A stretch of 64,000 nucleotides of DNA from Spirochaetota bacterium (GTDB lineage: Bacteria; Spirochaetota; UBA4802; UBA5550). The notes under the pieces are model-generated. The model was given only the letters and a program-made list of their open reading frames with translations. It was not told where the DNA came from and made no database searches. The stretch covers positions 3,014-67,013 of the forward strand of contig JBGTBN010000149.1 in NCBI GenBank assembly GCA_041749375.1, in the 5' to 3' direction. The number at the start of each line of letters is the position of its first letter. Position 1 is the stretch's first letter. This document shows positions 39,438 through 49,231 of this stretch, in pieces. A program made the position numbers and the translations under genes.

Positions 39438-40256
39438 ATGGACTTGGAAGAGTTATTTCAGAGGAACCAGATTGTTAAGCTAAAATCAACTGAAAAGCAG
39501 CTCGTCATCAAGGAGCTCGTCGACAAACTCCAGGACCTGGAATACATCAACAACAAAGAACGCTATTACGCTCAGGTTATCCACCGGGAATCACTTGAAA
39601 ACACCGGTATCGGGAACGGCTTTGCCATACCCCATGCCAGAACCGAGTCGGTTACAGACCTCATCTCGATATTCGGGGTGCTGGAAAAACCGATCGACTA
39701 CCAGTCGATCGACGAAAAGCCGGTTAAGTACGTGCTCCTGAGCATTTTCCCCACAGAGATGAGCACAAAGTACCTGTATCTCATAGGAATGATGGCCCGC
39801 CTTTTTTCAAACAAGCAAAAGAAAAAGCTGATCGATGCGGAGCCGACTCCTGCGAAGATATACGCCCTTCTGAAAAAAGAGGCTAAGGCCTATTACGAGT
39901 CGATATCGGTCAAGGACAAGCCGGCCCCGGGAAAACCCGATAACCTCTCCGGCGTCCCCTCCTCCGACCTCGACCTTCTCATCCGCCTGGACAGCCTGTA
40001 CAAGATGCTCGATGAGGGGAACAAGTCCGAATCGCTCGAAAAGAAAATCGATTCCATGAAAAAGCTTATCGATAACCGCTCCCTGACCTATTACGAACGG
40101 ATGCGGAAAAAGCGGGACAATCCCTTTTCTATCGTGGAAAAAAACAGCTGTTCCGGCTGTCACATGGAAATACCGCCGTTTTACGTCGAGCAAATCAAAG
40201 AGCGGAAGGGGATCTCTCTCTGCACCCACTGCGGAAGGTTCCTGATACTGCTGTAA
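39438..40256 (+). CDS. PTS EIIA(Ntr)-type domain fused to a coiled coil and a C4 zinc ribbon
   Basis: EIIA-2 pattern with GIGNGFAIPHART (phospho-His context). The C-terminus CSGCHMEIPPFYVEQIKERKGISLCTHCGRFL resembles the COG1579-type zinc ribbon. ATG 39438 has GGAAGG upstream, and the listed start overlaps the tRNA. Confidence 0.7.
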   Translation: MDLEELFQRNQIVKLKSTEKQLVIKELVDKLQDLEYINNKERYYAQVIHRESLENTGIGNGFAIPHARTESVTDLISIFGVLEKPIDYQSIDEKPVKYVLLSIFPTEMSTKYLYLIGMMARLFSNKQKKKLIDAEPTPAKIYALLKKEAKAYYESISVKDKPAPGKPDNLSGVPSSDLDLLIRLDSLYKMLDEGNKSESLEKKIDSMKKLIDNRSLTYYERMRKKRDNPFSIVEKNSCSGCHMEIPPFYVEQIKERKGISLCTHCGRFLILL

Positions 40257-40257
40257 A

Positions 40258-41130
40258 TCAACTCGCCGTACCGGCGCCATACTGCGCCTTCTTCATGATC
40301 AATGATTCCAGGGAATCCTGCAATTCAACCGGAATGGGCCGGTCTTTCCGGTAATAACCTATCGTCTCGTCCTTGTCCCCGTGGAAATCGCTGCCGCCCG
40401 TCACCAGCAGACCGTTCTTACGAGCTATCTCTTCGTACAGGGCCGCCTGCTCCACCGTGTGCATGGACGCAAAGGCCTCGAGCCCCTCGACGCCGGCGCT
40501 GATGAAACCCTTTAACAGACGTTCGAATTCATCCATGTCTTTGCATTCGAGTGAAATCGGATGGGCCACCACCGCTATCCCGCCGCATTCGCGCACCAGT
40601 CCAATCGCATCCTCGAAGCAGATCCTGACTTTCTTAACATAGCCGGGTTTCCCCTTCACAAGGTACTTCTGGAATATCTCGCGTATGTTCTGCGCGTAGC
40701 CATGGTTCACCATGACCCGGGCCACATGGGGCCGCCCCATGGAGCCTCCGCCGGCCTCCCTGACCACTTCATCGACGGGGATATCGATACCATGCTTTTT
40801 CAGATCGTCTATGATGCGGTATGCCCTTGTCTCGCGATGATCGGCGAGTTCACGGAGAGTCCCGGCAAGGCGCGGGTTGCCGTAATCGATATTAAGCCCC
40901 AGCAGGTGGAAGGAGCCGGCATCGTAATCAATGCTGAATTCGACGCCCGGATAGAGCTTGAACCCCAGGGAGGCGGCGTATTCCATGGCATCCGGGAGGC
41001 CTTCGACCGTATCATGGTCGGTCATCGCCATTGCGATTACCCCGCTCCTCATGGCAAGATCGATAAGCTCCCGCGGCGGGAAAATTCCATCCGAAGCCGT
41101 TGTGTGGGTGTGTAGATCAATTTTTTTCAT
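40258..41130 (-). CDS. PHP-domain phosphoesterase
   Basis: MKKIDLHTHTTASDG, MTDHDT and GGSDFHG. Confidence 0.85.
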   Translation of the reverse strand: MKKIDLHTHTTASDGIFPPRELIDLAMRSGVIAMAMTDHDTVEGLPDAMEYAASLGFKLYPGVEFSIDYDAGSFHLLGLNIDYGNPRLAGTLRELADHRETRAYRIIDDLKKHGIDIPVDEVVREAGGGSMGRPHVARVMVNHGYAQNIREIFQKYLVKGKPGYVKKVRICFEDAIGLVRECGGIAVVAHPISLECKDMDEFERLLKGFISAGVEGLEAFASMHTVEQAALYEEIARKNGLLVTGGSDFHGDKDETIGYYRKDRPIPVELQDSLESLIMKKAQYGAGTAS

Positions 41131-41291
41131 GATGACAGTAAAATGATATCCCGGCGTCAAATCAAGCAAATAAATTGCGCGTGGGACCTAGACGAATAAA
41201 ATTAAATTACCCCTGTACATCTTTCGTGGTACACTCCTTTTTGTTGCTTGATTTTTTGCCAGTATAAGCAATTCTGGGGATACTGTATCTA

Positions 41292-42818
41292 ATGACAAGG
41301 AAACCCGTAATGACAACGGCTATAGAAAAGCTGAATACTGCATGGGCGCGCATCAGCAGGATCGAGCAGACCATTGCCGTCCTCGGCTGGGACATGGAAA
41401 CGTACATGCCGGAAGAAGGCGTTAAACCCCGCGCCGAGCAGCTTGCACTCCTCTCGGAGCTGGCACACCGCTGGCTGGTCTCCGATGAGACAGGACGTTT
41501 GATCGAGGATGCGGAGTCCGAAACCCACGAATCTGATTATTATTCAATCGAAGCGAGCCTTGTCAGGGCCGCGCGCCGGACTTATGACCAGAAAAAAATG
41601 CTGCCGGAGGAGCTTGTGACACGTCTTGCCCGCACCACGGCGCAGGCAAACTCCATCTGGATCAGGGCGCGCCAGAATTCGAGCTTCCGGGAGTTCGCGC
41701 CTGTTCTTTCCGAGCTGGTCGGTATCAGCAGGGAGATGGCCGACCTCCTGGGAAATAACGGCCACCGCTACGACGCGCTCCTGGACATGTACGAGCCGGA
41801 CCTGACTACGGCCGAGGTCGAACGGCTTTTCGGAGAGCTTAAGGAAGGCCTGGTTCCCCTCGTGAAAGAGATTACCGGGATGAAATCCCCTGCCGATACC
41901 GGTTTCCTCTCCCGGAAATACGACACCCGCAGGCAGGAGGCCTTCGGTCTCGGGGTCCTGCGCGACATGAAGTTCAATTTCAGCCGCGGGCGCCAGGACC
42001 GGTCGGCCCATCCCTTTACCACGTCATTCACCCCCTATGACGTCAGGATCACAACGCGTTACTCGGAAGACGATCTCCTCTCCGCGCTCTTCAGCACCAT
42101 TCACGAGGCCGGGCACGCGCTCTATGACATGGGTCTTCCCCTTGACCTGCTGGAAACGCCGTTGTGCCAGTCCATCTCACTCGGCGTCCACGAGTCCCAA
42201 TCGCGACTCTGGGAGAACATAATCGGCAGGAGCCGCGGCTTCTGGAAGCACTACCTGCCCGTTTTGAAAGAACATTTTCCGGGCCAGCTCGATGACGTTG
42301 GGCTGGACCGCTTCTATTCAGCGGTCAACATTGCACGTCCCGGGTTCATCCGGGTTGAATCGGATGAGCTTACATACAACCTCCACATCTTCATACGGTT
42401 CGAGATAGAGAAGGAGCTGATCGGCGGTTCATTATCCGTGGAGGATATCCCTGCCCTATGGAATAAAAAATACCGTGATTACCTTGGCATCGACCCGCCG
42501 AATGACGCGCTCGGCTGTCTCCAGGACATCCACTGGGCGCATGGTTCGTTCGGATATTTCCCGACCTACACGATAGGGAACCTCCTCTCCGCGCAGCTGT
42601 ACCGAGCTGCCGTAGAAGCATGCCCCTCTATCCCCGGGGACATTGAGAGCGGCGAGTTCACGGCTCTGCTCGGGTGGCTGCGCGAGAATGTGCACGGTCA
42701 CGGATCCCGTTTTACTTCGGCAGAGCTGGTAAAAAACATTACCGGCGGAGTCATACAGGTCGGACCGTTTATGCACTACCTGACCGATAAATTTCATGAA
42801 GTGTATGCACGTTCATAG
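41292..42818 (+). CDS. M32 carboxypeptidase (carboxypeptidase Taq family)
   Basis: AHPFT, DVRITTRY, HEAGHALYDMG, HESQSRLWEN, IRVESDELTYNLHI and LQDIHWAHGSFGYFPTY. The start may be ATG 41310. Confidence 0.9.
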   Translation: MTRKPVMTTAIEKLNTAWARISRIEQTIAVLGWDMETYMPEEGVKPRAEQLALLSELAHRWLVSDETGRLIEDAESETHESDYYSIEASLVRAARRTYDQKKMLPEELVTRLARTTAQANSIWIRARQNSSFREFAPVLSELVGISREMADLLGNNGHRYDALLDMYEPDLTTAEVERLFGELKEGLVPLVKEITGMKSPADTGFLSRKYDTRRQEAFGLGVLRDMKFNFSRGRQDRSAHPFTTSFTPYDVRITTRYSEDDLLSALFSTIHEAGHALYDMGLPLDLLETPLCQSISLGVHESQSRLWENIIGRSRGFWKHYLPVLKEHFPGQLDDVGLDRFYSAVNIARPGFIRVESDELTYNLHIFIRFEIEKELIGGSLSVEDIPALWNKKYRDYLGIDPPNDALGCLQDIHWAHGSFGYFPTYTIGNLLSAQLYRAAVEACPSIPGDIESGEFTALLGWLRENVHGHGSRFTSAELVKNITGGVIQVGPFMHYLTDKFHEVYARS

Positions 42819-43036
42819 TTCCGGTCCCGCACGACACCTGTGCAGGGCTTTAACCAGCAGACGTGCCCGACCTCTTGCGTAAAATAAGGATGTCCTAAAA
42901 AAAATACTTTACTTATACATGATTTATTTAAAAAAATATTACGATTCATTATATGCTGGTATAAGACGTGTAGCATATCGCATGATTTTCTGATAACAGG
43001 GTATTGCACCATGTACCGGTGCAGAGAGAGGAATGG

Positions 43037-43984
43037 ATGTTTGTCGGCATTGACATCGGCGGAACTAAAATAAAGGGCGTTCTGACCGACCGATCAGGCA
43101 AGGAGCTCAGCTTCAGGGAAATAGAGACGCCCGGGACTGCCAGGGAGATCGATGACGGCATATGCATGCTGATCGAGTCACTGGCAACCTCTGCGTCGGT
43201 GTCGAAAATCGACATCAAGGCGATCGGTATCGGTTCGCCCGGGCCCATCGACAAGGACAAAGGCACCATCCTTAAAGCGCCGAACATACCGTCGTTCAAC
43301 AATCATCCGATCGTCAAGAACATGGAGGGTGCGACCGGGGCCCGGGTATTCCTCGAGAACGATGCAACCGTTGCGCTCCTCGGCGCGTGGTGGAAGGAGA
43401 ACGTCAGCAGGTTCAGGAACTGGATCATGATAACGCTGGGCACGGGCGTGGGCGGCGGTGTTTTCATCGACAACAAGATTTATACAGGGCAGTCCGGCAA
43501 TGCAATGGAGGTCGGGCACATGACGATCGAGTTTAACGGGCGGAAATGCCCGTGCGGAAACTGCGGCTGCTGGGAGAGATACGCATCCGGTACGGCCCTG
43601 GTTGAAAACGCCGGAGCGCACCTTAAAAGGCAGAAGGGCTCTTCCATCTTAGCGCGGATGAAGCAGGAGCCCCTCACCCCGCTTCTCATATTCGAGGAAG
43701 CCATGAACAAGGACGCGGCAGCGCTGATCATACTTCAAGAATACGCGGAATTCGTCGGTATCGGCATGGCAAATCTCGTGAACATATTCAACCCGGAAGC
43801 GATCCTGATCGGAGGCGGCGTTTCGAGGGCGCACAAATTCATTCTCCCTGTCGTCAAGCAGGTCGTTAACGAACGCGCCCTCAAGGGCTTCAAGGGGCAT
43901 TTCCAGCTCCTGCCGGTCCAGGAGCCGAGCAAGGTCCCGGCGTTCGGCGCGGCCAGGATTGCTATTGATTTGACGAACAGGTAA
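43037..43984 (+). CDS. ROK-family glucokinase
   Basis: FVGIDIGGTKIKG and the ROK zinc motif CPCGNCGCWERYASG. Confidence 0.85.
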   Translation: MFVGIDIGGTKIKGVLTDRSGKELSFREIETPGTAREIDDGICMLIESLATSASVSKIDIKAIGIGSPGPIDKDKGTILKAPNIPSFNNHPIVKNMEGATGARVFLENDATVALLGAWWKENVSRFRNWIMITLGTGVGGGVFIDNKIYTGQSGNAMEVGHMTIEFNGRKCPCGNCGCWERYASGTALVENAGAHLKRQKGSSILARMKQEPLTPLLIFEEAMNKDAAALIILQEYAEFVGIGMANLVNIFNPEAILIGGGVSRAHKFILPVVKQVVNERALKGFKGHFQLLPVQEPSKVPAFGAARIAIDLTNR

Positions 43985-44143
43985 TCACATTCTTCTTGAC
44001 TTTTAACCCCCAATCAACCTATTGGTTCTTATTATTATTCACTTAATACGCCGTCCCGCCCTGCCGGTGACACCGACGTAACAGCTAGCATGACGCCGAC
44101 ATCACCCTCCTGGGGCGAAACGGCCGGGAAGAAGACACCGACC

Positions 44144-45175
44144 ATGGAACAGGAACTAACCAGCCTCAGGGCGGAAGCCCTCTCAGCCATCAGCGCCGCA
44201 AGCACGGTCGACGCCGTCGAAGAGCTGCGCGTCAAATATCTCGGCAGGAAGGGGGCACTGACCCTCATCCTCAGGTCGCTCGGAACCCTCCAGCCCGACC
44301 AGCGGGCGGCGATGGGAAAGCTTTCGAATGAATTCAAGGTGGAAGTCGAAGCCGCCCTTGAAGCGAAAAAAGGCGAGCTCGCCATGAGCGGCGTAAAGAA
44401 CCTGGCCAACACGCAATGGATCGACGTGACCCTCGATACTCCTGCCGCCACTGACCGCGAGCGCCTGGGCCGCCTTCACCCGATATCACAGATCCAGTAT
44501 GAGATTGAAGACATCTTCACCTCCATGGGCTTCGAGATCCACAACGGGCCCGAGGTCGAGACCGATTACTACAACTTCGAGGCATTGAATATTCCGAAGC
44601 ACCACCCCGCCCGGGACATGCAGGACACGTTCTGGACCGAAGATGGCAATTTGCTCCGCACCCACACCTCGGCCATACAGATCCGGGCGATGGAGAAGGT
44701 TAAACCGCCATTCCGCGTAGTCGGGCCGGGACGTGTTTTCCGGTACGAGAGCACTGACGCCTCCCACGAGAACACCTTTTACCAGGTCGAGGGCATGATG
44801 GTCGACCGGGACATCACCGTGGCTCATCTCATTTACGTCATGAAACAGCTCCTGAAGGAGATCTTTCACCGTGAAGTTACCATACGCCTTCGTCCCGGTT
44901 ACTTCCCCTTCGTCGAGCCCGGATTCGAAATGGACATACACTGCCTCATCTGCAACGGCAAGGGGTGCAGCGTATGCAAGCAATCCGGCTGGGTCGAGCT
45001 CCTTCCCTGCGGGCTGGTGCACCCCATGGTGCTGAGCATGGGCGGCATCGATCCGTCCATGTGGTCCGGGTTCGCTTTCGGCCTCGGCCTCAACCGGCTG
45101 ATAATGATGAAATACGGCATAAACGACATACGGCATTTCCTGAGCGGGGACATCCGCTTCTTGCAGCAATTCTGA
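44144..45175 (+). CDS. pheS: phenylalanine--tRNA ligase alpha subunit
   Basis: Class II motifs (HPARDMQDTFW, GRVFRYE, GFAFGLGLNRLIM). ATG 44144 is preferred over the listed 44090. Confidence 0.93.
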   Translation: MEQELTSLRAEALSAISAASTVDAVEELRVKYLGRKGALTLILRSLGTLQPDQRAAMGKLSNEFKVEVEAALEAKKGELAMSGVKNLANTQWIDVTLDTPAATDRERLGRLHPISQIQYEIEDIFTSMGFEIHNGPEVETDYYNFEALNIPKHHPARDMQDTFWTEDGNLLRTHTSAIQIRAMEKVKPPFRVVGPGRVFRYESTDASHENTFYQVEGMMVDRDITVAHLIYVMKQLLKEIFHREVTIRLRPGYFPFVEPGFEMDIHCLICNGKGCSVCKQSGWVELLPCGLVHPMVLSMGGIDPSMWSGFAFGLGLNRLIMMKYGINDIRHFLSGDIRFLQQF

Positions 45176-45190
45176 TTCTGGAGCTTTCAT

Positions 45191-47587
45191 ATGTGGCTTT
45201 CACTGAACATACTCTCGCAGATGGTTGACACGACCGGTATCGATCCCGAAGAGCTGGCGCTTCGCCTTACCATGTCCACCGCAGAAATCGATTCAATCGA
45301 GCGGGTGAACGAGCACTTCGCCACGATATTCGCAGCGCAGATACTGGACGTAAAGCAACACCCGAACGCGGACAAGCTGACCCTCGTCGATTGCGATCTC
45401 GGCACGAGGAAGATCCGCGTGGTCTGCGGCGCGCCCAACCACCGGACAGGCGACATCGTCCCCCTGGCCACTGTCGGTACCCGTTTCAGCGATGATATAA
45501 TCATCAAAAAAACGAAGATCCGCGGCGAGGAATCGGAGGGAATGCTCTGCTCTGAACGCGAGCTCGGCCTGTCGGAAGACCACAGCGGCATCATGGTGCT
45601 CCCCGCCGGTACGAAAATCGGCGCTTCATTAAGCGAGATATACCCCCATCGCGCCGATGTCAGGTTCGAGATTGACAACAAGTCGATCACGCACCGGCCC
45701 GACCTGTGGAGCCACGTGGGCTTCGCCCGCGAGCTCGGCGCCCTGTACGGCCGCCCCTTTAAAAGCATTGTAAATTATGACCTGATGAAAACCTTCAGGG
45801 ACAAAGAAAAGCTGTCCGTGCGCATCGAAAACCCGGATGCCGCGCCCCGCTACAGCGGCCTGGTCGTGACCGGCATCCGCATCGAGGAATCTCCCGACTG
45901 GCTTAAGGCGATGGTCGAGTCGATCGGCATGCGTCCGATCAACAACATCGTCGACATCACCAACTACGTCATGGCCGAGATCGGCGAGCCGATGCACGCC
46001 TTCGACCGAAAAAAGCTTAGCGGACAGGAGATCATCGTGCGCATGGCCGGTAACCGGGAGCCCCTCACCACCCTGGACGGCTCCGTGTTCGAGCTCAACC
46101 CCGAGGATATCGTCATCGCTGATGCCAGGGGTCCTGTCGCGCTGGCCGGCGTCATGGGCGGCGGCAACAGCGAGATCGAGGACGGCACATCAGAGATCGT
46201 GCTCGAGGCCGCGAGCTTCAACCCGGTCAATATCCGTAAGACCGCGAACCGCTACGCCCACCGGACCGAGGCGGCCATCCGCTTCGAGAAGTCACTTTCT
46301 CCCGAGTTGACCATACCGGCGCTCCTGCGCTGTTTTGATCTTATCAAGCAGGTACTCCCCGGCGCGGAAGCGGCCTCGACGATCATCGACGCCTACCCGG
46401 TAAAGCAGAAAACGATTGTTATAAAAACGACAACCGACTTCATCCGCACGCGCCTGGGAGAGAACATCGATGACGCTCGCATTACCTCGATATTGACGTC
46501 CCTTGACTTCAAGCTGACGCCGGACGGGGACGCGCTTTCCATCGAGGTGCCAAGCTACCGCGCGACAAAAGATATCTCGATCCCCGAGGACATAGTCGAG
46601 GAGGTCGGCCGGATTTACGGATATGACACAATTACCCCGAAGGCGCCCAGCGTCCCCTGCGCACCGCCGGGAAAAAACCTGTTTCGCCTGTTCGAGCGCA
46701 GGGTCAAAACCATTCTTTCCGGAAATCACAACATGATCGAGGTGAGCGGATATTCCTTCATCGGCGAGGACACCCTTACGAAGCTCAAGGTCAGCGAAGA
46801 CCATGAGCTCCGCCTGAGAAACCCACTCTCCAGCGAACAAGACCGCCTCCGGAGGAGCCTGGTGCCTTCTATCATGAACTCCGTCAGATACAACAGCCGT
46901 TTCCACGACGATTTTGCGATTTTCGAGCTTGGCAGGGTCTACCTCAAGAAGGACCGCTCTTCGACAGAACTTGCCACGGAGCGGACAATGGTGACCGGCG
47001 CGGTGTACCGCAAGAAAACGGGCGATCCGCTATTTTATAGTGCGAAGCAGATCGCTAGCGGCCTCATGCACAAGCTGCAGGTAGCGGACTGGGACCTGGT
47101 CCCGGAAAGCAGTGAACTTCCTCCCTTCGCGCACCCGGGAAGGGCCATGAAGCTGATAGTAGATACGCAGGCCGCCGGTCTCGTGTTCGAGCTGCATCCG
47201 GAGACGATTGTGGCTTTCGATATCACCGGAAGCGCGGCCCTGTTTGACATCGACGTTGATCTCCTGTACGCCACTCGCCGCCGTGACACGGTGTTCACCG
47301 AGCTGCAGAAGTACCCGGATGTTCCGTTCGAGGTCAGCGTGCTTGCCGACCGGCAGGTATACGCGAAGGAAATATGCGGCATCATTCGGAAGAGCGGCTC
47401 GGATCTGGTGCAGAGCGTATCGGTTGTGTCAATGTATGAAGGAAGCCCGATCCCGGAGGGCAAGAAATCGGTTTCGGTGAAAGTCGTGTTTGCCTCCAGG
47501 GACCGGACACTCACGACAGCCGAGGTCGAGAAGCTCCAGAAGCAGACGGTGGGCGCGCTTGCCGCCAAGGGGTTCCCTCTCAGGTAA
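45191..47587 (+). CDS. pheT: phenylalanine--tRNA ligase beta subunit
   Basis: tRNA-binding OB domain (HPNADKLTLVDCDLG), B3/4, B5 and FDX-ACB domains; 798 aa. Confidence 0.95.
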   Translation: MWLSLNILSQMVDTTGIDPEELALRLTMSTAEIDSIERVNEHFATIFAAQILDVKQHPNADKLTLVDCDLGTRKIRVVCGAPNHRTGDIVPLATVGTRFSDDIIIKKTKIRGEESEGMLCSERELGLSEDHSGIMVLPAGTKIGASLSEIYPHRADVRFEIDNKSITHRPDLWSHVGFARELGALYGRPFKSIVNYDLMKTFRDKEKLSVRIENPDAAPRYSGLVVTGIRIEESPDWLKAMVESIGMRPINNIVDITNYVMAEIGEPMHAFDRKKLSGQEIIVRMAGNREPLTTLDGSVFELNPEDIVIADARGPVALAGVMGGGNSEIEDGTSEIVLEAASFNPVNIRKTANRYAHRTEAAIRFEKSLSPELTIPALLRCFDLIKQVLPGAEAASTIIDAYPVKQKTIVIKTTTDFIRTRLGENIDDARITSILTSLDFKLTPDGDALSIEVPSYRATKDISIPEDIVEEVGRIYGYDTITPKAPSVPCAPPGKNLFRLFERRVKTILSGNHNMIEVSGYSFIGEDTLTKLKVSEDHELRLRNPLSSEQDRLRRSLVPSIMNSVRYNSRFHDDFAIFELGRVYLKKDRSSTELATERTMVTGAVYRKKTGDPLFYSAKQIASGLMHKLQVADWDLVPESSELPPFAHPGRAMKLIVDTQAAGLVFELHPETIVAFDITGSAALFDIDVDLLYATRRRDTVFTELQKYPDVPFEVSVLADRQVYAKEICGIIRKSGSDLVQSVSVVSMYEGSPIPEGKKSVSVKVVFASRDRTLTTAEVEKLQKQTVGALAAKGFPLR

Positions 47588-48686
47588 CGGGGCCGCCGTC
47601 TTTCGTGATCGCCGGATCGTAAAAGGACACGCCGTTCCTGCCGCTTTTTTTGGCGTGATACAGGGCAAGGTCCGCCATCTCCATCATCTCGTTCGAGTCC
47701 TTCGGCTGCAGCTCGGGCAGCGATGATATCCCTCCCGATACGCTGAGGCGTATCGTGCTTTCCTCATACTCGATGCGGAGCCCCTCAACGACGTCGCGTA
47801 TCCGCGCGGCGAAGATCATCGCTTCGTCCCTGCCCGTCTCCGGAAGAATCACGGTGAATTCTTCCCCGCCGTAACGGCAGGGTATGTCGATGGACCGGCA
47901 ATTCGCCTGCAGCACGCGGGCGACCTCCTTGATGACCCGGTCTCCGGCCTGATGGCCGTAGGTGTCATTGATGCTCTTGAAATAGTCGATGTCGAAGATG
48001 ACGACTGCCATGCTGCGCTTCATGCGGACCGAGCGGTTCCACTCCTCCTGGAGGCGCTCACGGAAATACTTGTTTATATAGAGCCGCGTCATCCCGTCCC
48101 TGATTGCCATGTTGTAGAGATCGGCGTTGTTGATCGCGATCGCCGACTGCGTCGACACGAACTGGAGAACCTGCAGATCGAAGCCCGAAAAGCCGCCCGA
48201 GGTCTTATTGATGGCCTCGATCACCCCTATGATCTCGCCGTTTACCGTAAGTGGCACGGCGATGATCGATCGGGTCGTGGTCATTGCCTTCTTGTCCGCC
48301 CTGTCCGAGAAGCGCGGATCATTCTGCGCATCATTAATGAGGATGGGAATCCCGTTCTGCCACACGGTCCCCGCTATGCCCTCTCCCATCTTAAGGCTCG
48401 TATCCTTCAGGATTTCCCCTTCATCGTCCCTGCTCAGGACCGCGAAGTTGAGCCGGTTGAGGGCCCGGTCGACCAGTAGGATCGAGCTCCTTTCGCAGTT
48501 AAGGAGAACCTTTGTCTGGTTGAGAATCCTTTTTAAAACCTCATCCTTTTCAAGCGAATTGGCTATGTAGGTGTTGATCTCGATCAGTGTCGTGAGCTGC
48601 CTGTTCTTATTCTCCAGATCGGCCAGATGTTTCTTCGCGTTATTCGTATCCCTTGACTTTTTATCCGTGTTCATTGCCACCCTCAT
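47580..48686 (-). CDS. GAF-GGDEF diguanylate cyclase
   Basis: GAF domain followed by GGDEF with RYGGEEFTVIL. Converges on pheT with an 8-nt overlap. Confidence 0.88.
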   Translation of the reverse strand: MRVAMNTDKKSRDTNNAKKHLADLENKNRQLTTLIEINTYIANSLEKDEVLKRILNQTKVLLNCERSSILLVDRALNRLNFAVLSRDDEGEILKDTSLKMGEGIAGTVWQNGIPILINDAQNDPRFSDRADKKAMTTTRSIIAVPLTVNGEIIGVIEAINKTSGGFSGFDLQVLQFVSTQSAIAINNADLYNMAIRDGMTRLYINKYFRERLQEEWNRSVRMKRSMAVVIFDIDYFKSINDTYGHQAGDRVIKEVARVLQANCRSIDIPCRYGGEEFTVILPETGRDEAMIFAARIRDVVEGLRIEYEESTIRLSVSGGISSLPELQPKDSNEMMEMADLALYHAKKSGRNGVSFYDPAITKDGGPVT

Positions 48687-49231
48687 ACCTTTGCGCCATT
48701 CCCGGTCCCGGGAGAGCTGTATTTCATCTCGAGATATGACCTCCGCTCAAAGCGTTCGAGCCCCAGCTCTCCGGCCAGCCTGAACAGCTGATGCTCAATC
48801 CGTTCCCGATCCGAGCCCTTCATCTCGATCTCGACAAAGCGGCCAACCCCTTCGACCGTGTCCAGGCAGACCTCAATATCGTCCAGCCGGTATAGTTCCC
48901 GCACTTTGGTGACCGATCCAAATTCGACGAATCCGAGGTTTTTCAAGATAGCGAGCGTCTTTTCAAAGTCCGCAACCGGGACCTCTTCCTCAAGACGCGT
49001 CTTCGCAGCAGTCCCGATTTTCGGTCCCTTGTAGGTCAGGATGATCCGTTCGCCCGCCCGCCTGAGGCGCAGCGCTTCGTCAGTGTCCCTGAAATTCCGG
49101 CACGGGTGGTTCATGTAGAGGTCCTGCTCTGTTTCGCTTCCCGCCGGGCGCGCGCCCATTGCCGCAAGCTTCGCGGCTACGGGTTCGTGGTCATCGCAGT
49201 ATGACTTGATCTCTATCTCCAGTATATCCAT
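48683..49231 (-). CDS. CYTH-domain protein (class IV adenylate cyclase / triphosphatase family)
   Basis: N-terminal EIEIK (ExExK) signature; 182 aa. Confidence 0.8.
   Translation of the reverse strand: MDILEIEIKSYCDDHEPVAAKLAAMGARPAGSETEQDLYMNHPCRNFRDTDEALRLRRAGERIILTYKGPKIGTAAKTRLEEEVPVADFEKTLAILKNLGFVEFGSVTKVRELYRLDDIEVCLDTVEGVGRFVEIEMKGSDRERIEHQLFRLAGELGLERFERRSYLEMKYSSPGTGNGAKV

Noticed and set aside
39295-39483. 62-aa ORF on the + strand, and the 39405 start of the next ORF
   Set aside because: The 62-aa ORF lies across the tRNA-Pro gene (39314-39388). The real downstream CDS most likely begins at ATG 39438, which has an SD.
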